Below, piece by piece: positions 1-8,207 of a stretch of DNA of 64,000 nucleotides. Every line of letters begins with the position of its first letter. The stretch's first letter is position 1. Origin of the DNA: Deltaproteobacteria bacterium (lineage in GTDB: Bacteria > Myxococcota_A > UBA9160 > SMWR01); NCBI GenBank assembly GCA_019310425.1, contig JAFDEI010000006.1, positions 1,034 to 65,033 on the forward strand, in the 5' to 3' direction. The position numbers and the translations under genes are program-made. Under the pieces are notes generated by a model. It did no database searches. It saw only the letters and a list, made by a program, of their open reading frames with translations, and was not told the DNA's origin.

Positions 1-25
1 CCAATTGCGCTCTCCGGCGGTCACC

Positions 26-889
26 TCAGAGGATCAACTCGCTCGGGATCCGATGCTTGATCTCGGCATGGAATTCGGGCAACCGTGACCAGTGCAGATC
101 GGGATCGAGGTGGTGGGCCGTGTGATATCCGAGGTTGCAGGTGCGGAGGTTGTAGAGCGAGTCGAGATCATTGCGCGATGCGCGAAGTGGATCGTCGGAT
201 GCGAGGCCAGCGTGATGATAATGAGTGGCCTGGGCCTGGAGAAGGAGGGCTGCGGGAAGCGGAGCCACGAACACCAGCAGCGCGTTCACCGGGTCGACCA
301 CGATGAAGATGGCGAGTACCGCCATGCACACCCAGAACATGCGGAGGAATCTCCGAAAGATCGCCGGGTGGCTGCGTCCGATTCGGATCACATCTGGGTA
401 CATGTTCAGGAAGAGGACCCAGGCGAAGGCCCAGGGTTCCATCGTCGAACCGTCGTCACGGCGCCAACGGTTCGTGTCCTGTTCCTGGTCCATATAAGTT
501 TCATGATGTCCGATGTTGTGATGAAGCGTGTACCCGTAGGGCAACATGCCGAGTTGCAGGAACATCATCACTTCGAACGCGCGATTGAGAAGCGGGCTGC
601 GGAAGGTCTCCTGGTGATGGTGGTTGTGGCACATGCCGGCAAAATTGACCTGGATGCCCAGGAGGAGAACCACGGCCGCGATGACATGGACGGGGTCGTC
701 GATGAACAGCAAGATCGTCAACTGTGCTGTGAACACCGCCAGCATGAGGGTCGTGGGGAAGAAATCGACCGGGTAGCGATAGATTCGTGCGAGCCGCCTG
801 GAGCGCACAGTGCGAGACCACAGCTGGTGGGTGATTCGGTTCTCCGTGATCCAGTCGCAAAGTGCATCACTGCGGGAGGACGGGGTCAT
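26..889 (-). CDS. membrane fatty-acid desaturase family protein (287 aa)
   Basis: Last 287 codons of tracked ORF 26..1846. Three His boxes (HNHHH, HHNIGHH, HTAHH) are separated by hydrophobic spans. The ATG at 889 overlaps the upstream stop (ATGA at 886-889). The Arg/Pro-rich N-terminal part of the tracked ORF is treated as shadow. Confidence 0.8.
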   Translation of the reverse strand: MTPSSRSDALCDWITENRITHQLWSRTVRSRRLARIYRYPVDFFPTTLMLAVFTAQLTILLFIDDPVHVIAAVVLLLGIQVNFAGMCHNHHHQETFRSPLLNRAFEVMMFLQLGMLPYGYTLHHNIGHHETYMDQEQDTNRWRRDDGSTMEPWAFAWVLFLNMYPDVIRIGRSHPAIFRRFLRMFWVCMAVLAIFIVVDPVNALLVFVAPLPAALLLQAQATHYHHAGLASDDPLRASRNDLDSLYNLRTCNLGYHTAHHLDPDLHWSRLPEFHAEIKHRIPSELIL

Positions 890-2085
890 CGGCGTGGCCC
901 TTCGATTGCTTCCGTGGCCGGTCTGAAGCGCGCCACCAGGTGATAGGCCTGTGTTCGGCGATGCTGCAGGAAGTGATGAGATCCCCACAAATAGAGGAGA
1001 AAGGCCCGCACCGATTGCTCGCCGAATTTGCTCGCGAGGTCCTCCCGCGTCCCCTCCAGACGGTTGGCCCAATCTCGGACGGTGTGGGCGTAGGATGCCG
1101 TGTCGTCCACCAGTTCTTCGATGTCGAGACCGGCACGGAGCCAGGCGTCGAGGAGGCGTGGAACATTGACATAGCGCGCGGTCCCGGGCCACACGTAACG
1201 CCGCATGAATGCGCCCACCTGGAAGCTCTCGCGCTGGGAACAGAAGTCGGCGTAGACGCCGCCACCGGGTGCCAGTGAGCTCGAAACGAAACGAGCCACG
1301 AATTCGTAATCGGGGAGGTGTTCGAGACTGCCCATCATGACGATGGCGTCGAAGGCCCGCTCGGGCCGGAAGTCGACCAGGTCCACTTTCTCGACAGCGC
1401 AGGGGAGCTGATGGTCTCGCACGAGTTCGCGAACGAAACGGTGCTGCTGCTCCGAGATCGTGATTCCGTGAACCGAGATGCCCTGGCGTCCGGCGTATTC
1501 GAGGAATCCTCCCCAACCGGCACCGATGTCGAGCACGCGCATCCCGGGTGCCAGCTCGAGCGCGTCGATCGCATATTGGAACTTGCGTGCCTGGGCTTGT
1601 GCGGAATCGTCGGAGGGGCTCTGGTAGAAGCCGTGCGAATAGGAGCGCCAGCGTTCGAACCACGGAAGGAAGAAGTCTACCGGGCGATCGTAGTGGAACG
1701 CGATCGAGTGTTGCTGGAAGCGGCGCCGGTCGCCGAAGCGATATCGCAGGGCGAAGGAGAGCTTGGCGAGCATCGAGGCTTCGAGATCCAGGACCTCCGC
1801 CACACGCATCGCCTCGCTGAGATTGCCTCGAACATCCACATCGCAATGCAGGTAGGCCTCTGCGAGCGCGAGATGGTCACCGCGAACCAGAGACCGGAAC
1901 GCCGCACGCGTGGTGAATACCACCTTCGCTCGCTCCGGCGCCTGGCCGACGCGAATGGGTGCACCCTCCGGCGGCTCGATGAGTAGCCGAACGCCCATTC
2001 GTTCCAGCCGTCCGAGAAGATCGGCGAGTCGCGACACTTGGTTCACACTACACCACGTGGGCCGGTACGACTTCAATTGTGTCAC
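886..2085 (-). CDS. cyclopropane-fatty-acyl-phospholipid synthase (Cfa/mycolic acid methyltransferase) family SAM-dependent methyltransferase
   Basis: 399-aa ORF with the SAM motif VLDIGAGWGGF. Cfa-family blocks are present (HYDRPVDFF, YSHGFY, SLEHLP, FLLYLWGS). Confidence 0.85.
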   Translation of the reverse strand: MTQLKSYRPTWCSVNQVSRLADLLGRLERMGVRLLIEPPEGAPIRVGQAPERAKVVFTTRAAFRSLVRGDHLALAEAYLHCDVDVRGNLSEAMRVAEVLDLEASMLAKLSFALRYRFGDRRRFQQHSIAFHYDRPVDFFLPWFERWRSYSHGFYQSPSDDSAQAQARKFQYAIDALELAPGMRVLDIGAGWGGFLEYAGRQGISVHGITISEQQHRFVRELVRDHQLPCAVEKVDLVDFRPERAFDAIVMMGSLEHLPDYEFVARFVSSSLAPGGGVYADFCSQRESFQVGAFMRRYVWPGTARYVNVPRLLDAWLRAGLDIEELVDDTASYAHTVRDWANRLEGTREDLASKFGEQSVRAFLLYLWGSHHFLQHRRTQAYHLVARFRPATEAIEGPRR

Positions 2086-2259
2086 CGATCTCCAGATTCA
2101 AGTCACGGGTCGATTTTCGCACTCGGCCCGACCGCAGCCGCGATCACAGCAGACGGCGAGCGAGCCTCCCCTTTACGCGTGATGTCGGCCGGTGATGGCA
2201 CGGGCGATTCCCCCGACCAGCGTCCCGACCACCGCACCGGTGGCCAAATTCTGCTGCAT

Positions 2260-2568
2260 TCAGGGTGGCCCACAGCCGGGGGTCGCGAGAGCCACGAAGG
2301 TCACGGGGAGCATCGTGAGTCCACCGATCAACGGGCCGCGCAGCAACCACGAATTGGGCCAGCTGGTGATGCCGACCAGAAAGCCGATGAGCAGGCGGGC
2401 GGAATAGAAAGCCCAGACCATGACCGATCCGCGCAGATAGAAGACATCGAACTTCTCCGGGATCGGCCCGTGGAACAGCATCGGCAACCAGCCGAGTCCG
2501 AGACCGAGCATGGTGCAGACGAATGGGTAGCGACGCCACATCGGCTGCACGCCGTCTTCGCCTGCCAT
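2260..2568 (-). CDS. small hydrophobic membrane protein, unknown function
   Basis: 102-aa ORF with 3 predicted TM-like hydrophobic spans. No recognisable family. Confidence 0.4.
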   Translation of the reverse strand: MAGEDGVQPMWRRYPFVCTMLGLGLGWLPMLFHGPIPEKFDVFYLRGSVMVWAFYSARLLIGFLVGITSWPNSWLLRGPLIGGLTMLPVTFVALATPGCGPP

Positions 2569-2625
2569 TCACTCCCCCACGTCGACTCACCGCGTCCGAT
2601 GCGAGCGCCCAGCGCGAATCCCATC

Positions 2626-3021
2626 TTATGCCCGATCCGGAAGCCGTTTCAACAGTTTCCGTGACCCGGGTCGCGCGAAAGATCGAACCCGTCGGGTGGG
2701 GACGTGGGATGCCCCCTCGCTCACGTCCCCGGCCGGAAGATCCAGGACGCCGGCCGCGACCCAGGGTTCCACGGACGCGAAATGCTCCTGGTACGCGAGC
2801 ACGGCGGCGGCATCGACTCCCGTGTTTGCGCTGATGAGACCCTGCGAGCCATCATCGATGTGAGGACGGACGATGAGATTCGCTCCTCGGAGGTCGAGGG
2901 TCTCCACCAGGGCGTCGAGGAACTGCTGCCAGGCCGTGGGCCGGATCGCAGTCTCGTAGGCGAGGTCGATCAGATGCAGGAGGGATCCCGTGGAGTTCAC
3001 GATTCCCATAAGATATCCCAA
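2626..3021 (-). CDS. hypothetical protein resembling the N-terminal sensory region of LuxR-family regulators; no HTH, possibly a remnant
   Basis: 131-aa ORF. The LIDLAYETAIRPTAWQQFLDAL ... YQEHFASVEPW pattern is typical of the N-termini of a class of LuxR-type regulators. The expected C-terminal HTH half is absent. Confidence 0.35.
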   Translation of the reverse strand: MGYLMGIVNSTGSLLHLIDLAYETAIRPTAWQQFLDALVETLDLRGANLIVRPHIDDGSQGLISANTGVDAAAVLAYQEHFASVEPWVAAGVLDLPAGDVSEGASHVPTRRVRSFARPGSRKLLKRLPDRA

Positions 3022-3173
3022 CTGGCGACTCGAGTGGGCGGTCCGCCGGTGGGATCGTAGACCCTCGAGAACCGCCGCCAGTACTTCCCGAAAGGCACTG
3101 ACCCGTCCGGCATGCTCGCATGCAACAGGGCTGACGCGCCCAGCGGCTCGCTCGGCGCCGACGTCTCGGGAAA

Positions 3174-3986
3174 TCAGCCCTGCGAGCGTGCGCGCGTGAC
3201 TCCGACCCCCGCGAGTGTAAGCACGAGCAGCGAGAGGCCGAATGGCGCCAGTACGGGGACGGCGCTTACGACGGTGATCGGCTCGTAGAGGGAGGGGTTG
3301 TCATTCTCGTTGCCATTACCGTAGTAGGCGGGCGCCCAGTAGTTCGGTGCTCCGTAGTAATGAAGGTAGTGGCCCGACACCGAGATCGCGGTACCGGTCG
3401 GCACGGTCGAGCCGCTGAAGTTGCTGTAGGTCCGGCCGAAGGCATCCGCGAGGACGTCCATCGAGATGGCGACCTCGATCACCTGCGGACCGCCGAAGCT
3501 CCCCGAGCGACCCGTCGCGATCGTACCGGCACCGTAGAGTGTGTCCATGTCGGCGATCATCTGATCGCGAGTCTGCAGGGCCTCGCTGCCGTTGTCGTTG
3601 TACTTGAATTTCATCGCCGTGTCGTTTGTGAAATCCGAATAATCCTCGGCTGCGAAGCTCCAGGCTCCGTTGTGGGTTGTCCCACCAACGACCGGCACGC
3701 CCCCCACGAGTCCGACATTGACCGCGAGCCCGGCCGATCCGGTGGCGTTGTCGATTCCATAGCCGACATAAAGGAAGTCGTCGTCGGCGCGCACGTAGCC
3801 GACCAAGTCGGAGGCCGGAGTCCCGCCCGTGTCGGAGACCACGAGTGCGTTCGCGGGATCCCAGTCACCGAGATCTCCGTCGGGAGGCGATGCCGCCACC
3901 GTTGTCGCCAGCGTCAGCAGCGCAATCGCTGCCATTCGCGAGACTCCGCGAACCAGAATCCGTGTCCTTCGCATGATCGACTCCAC
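3174..3986 (-). CDS. secreted protein with a C-terminal motif-TM-basic tripartite sorting-signal-like tail
   Basis: 270-aa ORF with an N-terminal signal peptide (AAIALLTLATTVAAS). The C-terminus reads AVPVLAPFGLSLLVLTLAGVGVTRARSQG. Start may be an internal Met (3974). Confidence 0.6.
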   Translation of the reverse strand: MESIMRRTRILVRGVSRMAAIALLTLATTVAASPPDGDLGDWDPANALVVSDTGGTPASDLVGYVRADDDFLYVGYGIDNATGSAGLAVNVGLVGGVPVVGGTTHNGAWSFAAEDYSDFTNDTAMKFKYNDNGSEALQTRDQMIADMDTLYGAGTIATGRSGSFGGPQVIEVAISMDVLADAFGRTYSNFSGSTVPTGTAISVSGHYLHYYGAPNYWAPAYYGNGNENDNPSLYEPITVVSAVPVLAPFGLSLLVLTLAGVGVTRARSQG

Positions 3987-4184
3987 TCCTTCTTTCCACG
4001 CAGTCGTGAGGTCTCCGAGTCACCCGCCATCAGGTGAAGGGAAAACACTACAGAGCTATCGGCAGGCGGAGCTCGAATCTGACCAGTCTTTTCCCGCGGC
4101 GGCGGAGGACAGCGGGGAAGTGGGAGCAAATCTACGTCGACGTCAGCGTGCTCTATTACTCTCTCCCTAATTGCGAGGAAGCTC

Positions 4185-4694
4185 GTGCCCACGCAGATCA
4201 CCCCCGATTCACACGTCGAGAAGCTCGCCGCCTGCTATCGCGAACATCCCGCCTGGCGTGACGCGGCTGGGTGGTTGTCGGGGGATGCGTCGAGCGCGGT
4301 GTACTTCAGTCATCGACCGGGGGAGGCGTGGCACCTCAGCCAAGGGAACGATGGAGCGGTGCTGCAACCCGGTAGTGCGGACGATCCGGATCTCGCTTTC
4401 TGCTTCACGCCCGCCGCGATCGAGCGCGTGGCTTCGGTGCAGGGCGGAATCGGCGATTTCGCGGTCGCTCTGTTCGAGTGCATCACGTCGGAGGATCCGG
4501 AACTCCGGGTCGGATTCCGCGTGGTGGCGCCCCTCACTCGCCTGTTGCGCCGCGGTTATGTCGGGCTGATGCTCGCGGCGGGTCCGAAGGTTGCGGCGTA
4601 TGGGGCGCGGCACGGCATTCGCACGCTTGCTCAGCTGCGACGTCTGGTGCAGCAGTCACGCGCGGCGGGTCCGGCTGCGTGGGAGGTCCCGTGA
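4185..4694 (+). CDS. hypothetical protein
   Basis: 169-aa ORF with a GTG start. Its stop overlaps the GTG of the next gene (GTGA at 4691-4694), suggesting co-translation with the dehydrogenase. Confidence 0.5.
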   Translation: MPTQITPDSHVEKLAACYREHPAWRDAAGWLSGDASSAVYFSHRPGEAWHLSQGNDGAVLQPGSADDPDLAFCFTPAAIERVASVQGGIGDFAVALFECITSEDPELRVGFRVVAPLTRLLRRGYVGLMLAAGPKVAAYGARHGIRTLAQLRRLVQQSRAAGPAAWEVP

Positions 4695-5674
4695 AGGCGA
4701 TGCTGCTCGAGGCTCCGGGTTCACCCCTCGTGCTGCGGGATCTCCCGGAGCCGGTGCTCGGTGCGCATGACCTGCTGCTCGAGGTGCTCGCATGCGGCGT
4801 CTGCCGCACCGACTTGCACGTCGTCGATGGCGAACTGGAGCAGCCGAAGCTCCCGATCGTTCCCGGACACCAGATCGTCGGACGGGTTCTCGCACTTGGG
4901 GAGCGAGTCGAGGAGTTTGCGGCCGGTGAGCGTGTCGGCGTGCCGTGGCTCGGCGGCAGCTGTGGACGCTGCCGCTACTGCGAGAGTGAACGAGAGAACC
5001 TCTGCGACAGCGCCCGCTATACCGGCTACCAGCGCGACGGCGGCTTCGCCGAGCGCTGCGCTGCGGATGCCCGTTACTGCTTCTCGCTCCCCGACGACAC
5101 CCCCGACGCGCAGGCTGCGCCGTTGCTATGCGCGGGCTTGATCGGTTATCGCGCACTCCGCATGGTGGGTGATGCGCGCAGGCTCGGCTTCTACGGGTTC
5201 GGTGCGTCGGCCCACATCCTCGCGCAGATCGCGCGCTACGAAGGCCGCGAGGTCTTCGCGTTCACGCGTCCCGGTGACGAAGCGGCCCAGAATTTCGCGC
5301 GCGATCTCGGAGCCGTCTGGGCGGGCTCCGCTGAAGCCGCGCCACCGGAGGAGCTCGATGCCGCGATCGTATTCGCGCCGGTCGGAGCTCTCGTGCCGGC
5401 CGCATTGCAGGCGGTGTGCAAGGGCGGGGTGGTGGTGTGCGCGGGGATCCACATGAGCGACATCCCGTCGTTTCCGTATTCGATTCTCTGGGGCGAGCGG
5501 CAGCTGCGCTCGGTGGCGAATCTCACTCGCCGCGACGGCGTCGAGTTCTTCGAGATCGCGCCACGGGTGCCGATCCGGACGCAGGTTCAGATCTATCCGC
5601 TCGCAGACACGGGCCGCGCGCTCGATGATCTGCGCCACGGGCGCTTCAGTGGGGCAGCAGTCATCAGCGTTTGA
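4691..5674 (+). CDS. zinc-dependent alcohol dehydrogenase family oxidoreductase
   Basis: GVCRTDLH and PGHQIVG catalytic-Zn motifs. The structural-Zn cluster CGRCRYCESERENLC is present, followed by a Rossmann-like GFYGFGASAH. Alternative start is ATG 4700. Confidence 0.85.
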   Translation: MKAMLLEAPGSPLVLRDLPEPVLGAHDLLLEVLACGVCRTDLHVVDGELEQPKLPIVPGHQIVGRVLALGERVEEFAAGERVGVPWLGGSCGRCRYCESERENLCDSARYTGYQRDGGFAERCAADARYCFSLPDDTPDAQAAPLLCAGLIGYRALRMVGDARRLGFYGFGASAHILAQIARYEGREVFAFTRPGDEAAQNFARDLGAVWAGSAEAAPPEELDAAIVFAPVGALVPAALQAVCKGGVVVCAGIHMSDIPSFPYSILWGERQLRSVANLTRRDGVEFFEIAPRVPIRTQVQIYPLADTGRALDDLRHGRFSGAAVISV

Positions 5675-5866
5675 TCCTTTGGCCGCCGGGTTCGTGCCCG
5701 TGCCGGCGATCGATGCCGGCTCGGCAGGGCGAGGGGGGGGCGTGAATAGATTCCGGGTCGGTCCTTGAAACGTGCGAACCCGGGCTTACCTTACACTCGT
5801 TTACAACACCACGTCAGTGGCCGAGCCGGCTCGCCACAGACGTCGGCAGTCAGCGGCCGGGCCTCG

Positions 5867-6328
5867 ATGGAGGATCTTGTGGTAGCCAAGAAGAAGACGA
5901 CGCGGAAGAAGGCAACCCGGAAGAAGACCACGAAGCGGACGCCGCGAAAGAAGACGGCCAAACGGAATGCGGCAAAACTCCTCAAGGCGGCCGATCGCGA
6001 GCTGACGGCCCTCGCCAAGCGAATCGACAAGCAGATCGACCGCATGGGCAAGGAGATGAAGAAGGCCGAACGGCAGGCTGCGCGCGAGACTGCGAAGCTG
6101 CTGCGTCAGGCGCGCACCAAGCTGGACAAGCTGCCGGTCAAGGGCTCGAGCGATTGGAACAAGTTCCTGCGACAGAGCAAGAAGGACTTGTCGAAGACAC
6201 TCGGGAAACTCGAGCGCACGGTGAAGCCGAAGCCCGCGCGCAAGAAGAAGGCGACCAAGAAGAAGGCTGTGGCCAAGAAGCGGGCTCCGGCGAAGAAGAA
6301 GTCGACCCGAAAGAAGAAATCGGCCTAG
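5867..6328 (+). CDS. lysine-rich histone H1-like / phasin-like nucleoid-associated protein
   Basis: 153 aa. K/T/R-rich N-tail (KKKTTRKKATRKKTTKRTPRKK) and a K/A/P-rich C-tail (KPKPARKKKATKKKAVAKKRAPAKKK) flank a coiled-coil-like core. Confidence 0.6.
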   Translation: MEDLVVAKKKTTRKKATRKKTTKRTPRKKTAKRNAAKLLKAADRELTALAKRIDKQIDRMGKEMKKAERQAARETAKLLRQARTKLDKLPVKGSSDWNKFLRQSKKDLSKTLGKLERTVKPKPARKKKATKKKAVAKKRAPAKKKSTRKKKSA

Positions 6329-6395
6329 GCGGGAAACGCTTCGCGTTTCCGGGGGACGACACGGAAGCACCGGCCGCGGAGCGGCCGACGCGCGG

Positions 6396-6971
6396 CTAGA
6401 AGAGCTTTGCCGGGAAGGGCGTCCCGTAGCGGTTTCGTTGGGCGACCTTGACGACGGTCTGTCGAATGCGTCCGTCGAGTTCGGCCAGGTGCGTGAGCGC
6501 GCGTGCCTGGATGCGGTCTCCGTCCTGACCGAGGCCGCGGCTCTCGACGATACGCAGCAACACCATCTGCGTGTCGTACTTGACCGCAACGCGCATCCAA
6601 GTCTGTTCGCGCTCGTATTCGGCGAACACGAGACCCGGTTTTCGGCTCGCGAAGGCCCACGGATTGCCTGCGCGGCGCACCCCGGGTGGGTCGCCGACGA
6701 TCTTCGTCAGCAGGTCGTCGGAGATCTTCTGGCCGGGTGCGAGAGCCGGTGTTCGCTCGGGTGCGGCGATCGCCAGCAAGATCGCGAGCTCGATGTCGCG
6801 GGCGTGGATGCCATAGCGGACGTCGATCGGCTGGAGGCTGGTATTGAGGGTAGGCGTCTCGGGTGATAATGAGACGGGTGGGAGCCCGCACGCGAGCGCG
6901 CAGGCCGCCAGCAGGATTGCCGCCGTGTTGACGCGTTTTGCTCGACGTAGTGTCGTGAAATCGCTCGGCAC
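6396..6971 (-). CDS. putative lipoprotein, unknown function
   Basis: 191-aa ORF with a signal peptide and a lipobox-like ILLAAC/ALAC near residue 25. Confidence 0.55.
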   Translation of the reverse strand: MPSDFTTLRRAKRVNTAAILLAACALACGLPPVSLSPETPTLNTSLQPIDVRYGIHARDIELAILLAIAAPERTPALAPGQKISDDLLTKIVGDPPGVRRAGNPWAFASRKPGLVFAEYEREQTWMRVAVKYDTQMVLLRIVESRGLGQDGDRIQARALTHLAELDGRIRQTVVKVAQRNRYGTPFPAKLF

Positions 6972-7157
6972 GCTGCCTCCGTCTCCCGGTCGAGAATATG
7001 CCGGAACCCCGAGTCTGATTCAGCGGCCTTCCGGGATCGCTGCTGAAGGCCGCGATGCCGTCTTCGCGAGGACGCGGAAAATTGGGGCTAGAATAGAATG
7101 CCCGGCAACAGCGGTTGGTCCGAAATCTCGGATCGTCGCGGCTGAAAGAGGAAAGAC

Positions 7158-8195
7158 ATGAGCGCTCAGCGAATCTTGATCACCGGCGGTGCCGGCTTCC
7201 TGGGCCGGGCGATCCTACGTGAGCTCGCGCGCTCACCGCTCGAAGAAGTCCGGGTCTTCGATCTCGAACCGGTCGACGTTGCCGGAACTCCGGCCCTGGT
7301 CTCGATCGTGGGTGACGTCTGTGACCCCGAAGCATTGCTCGCGGCCTGCCGCGGCGTCGACGTGGTCGTGCACGCGGCCTCACTCGTCGACTGGGGCCAC
7401 TCGACGCCCGAGCGGCTCGCCGAGGTAAACGTCGGCGGCAGCAAGAACGTGGTGCGTGCCTGCCGGGAGGCCGGCGTTCGCGGGCTCGTCTACACCAGCT
7501 CGATGGACGTCGTCTGCGGTACCGGGCCCGTCGTGCGGGCGGACGAAACCACGCCGTATCCCGAGGTCTTCGCGAACGAGTACTCGCACAGCAAGGCGCT
7601 CGCCGAGCAGGTGGTGCTGCGGGCGAACGGTCCCGACCTGTCCGTCTGCGCGCTTCGGCCCTGCGGCATGTTCGGCGAAGCCGATCCCTATCATGTCGTG
7701 AACGTGCTGCGTCTGCTTCGCGACCGAGGGCTGCCGTTTCGGGTCGGCGACGGAAGTGCGGCGTTCCAGCACGTCTATGTCGGCAACGTCGCGCACGCAC
7801 ACGTGCTCGCGCTCCGACAGTTGCTCGATCCCGGTGCCGCCATCGCTGGGCAGAGCTATTTCATCACCGACGATTCGCCGGCCGTCAATTTCTTCGACTT
7901 CATGGATCCGATCGTCACGGGGCTGGGCTATTCGCTGCCTCCCAAATCACGCAGCATCCCGTATCCTGTCATGCTCGCACTCGGCGCCGTGGTCGAAGCT
8001 GCCGCCGCGGCGCTCCGCCCGATTCACCGCTTCACCCCAACGCTCACGCGATCGAGTGTGCGCTTCGTCTGCCACGACCACACCTTCGTCGGCGACAAGG
8101 CCCGGCGGGATCTTGGCTATGTGCCGATCTACTCCGAGGCCGATGCGATCAAGCGCACGATCGCATACTTCCAGGAGCACCCGGTCGGATCGTAG
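7158..8195 (+). CDS. 3-beta-hydroxysteroid dehydrogenase/isomerase-family NAD-dependent epimerase/dehydratase (extended SDR)
   Basis: ILITGGAGFLGRAI Rossmann motif and YSHSK catalytic motif. 345 aa. Confidence 0.85.
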   Translation: MSAQRILITGGAGFLGRAILRELARSPLEEVRVFDLEPVDVAGTPALVSIVGDVCDPEALLAACRGVDVVVHAASLVDWGHSTPERLAEVNVGGSKNVVRACREAGVRGLVYTSSMDVVCGTGPVVRADETTPYPEVFANEYSHSKALAEQVVLRANGPDLSVCALRPCGMFGEADPYHVVNVLRLLRDRGLPFRVGDGSAAFQHVYVGNVAHAHVLALRQLLDPGAAIAGQSYFITDDSPAVNFFDFMDPIVTGLGYSLPPKSRSIPYPVMLALGAVVEAAAAALRPIHRFTPTLTRSSVRFVCHDHTFVGDKARRDLGYVPIYSEADAIKRTIAYFQEHPVGS

Positions 8196-8207
8196 AGCGG
8201 CGCAGCA

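Noticed and set aside
890-1846. N-terminal 319 codons of the 606-aa tracked ORF 26..1846
   Set aside because: Extremely Arg/Pro/Gly-rich and overlaps the well-supported Cfa-like gene in another frame. Only the last 287 codons (the desaturase) look like real protein.
5702-5720. GCCGGC-GATCGAT-GCCGGC palindrome after the alcohol dehydrogenase gene as an intrinsic terminator
   Set aside because: The stem is short (6 bp) and no U-tract follows, so it is not confidently a terminator.
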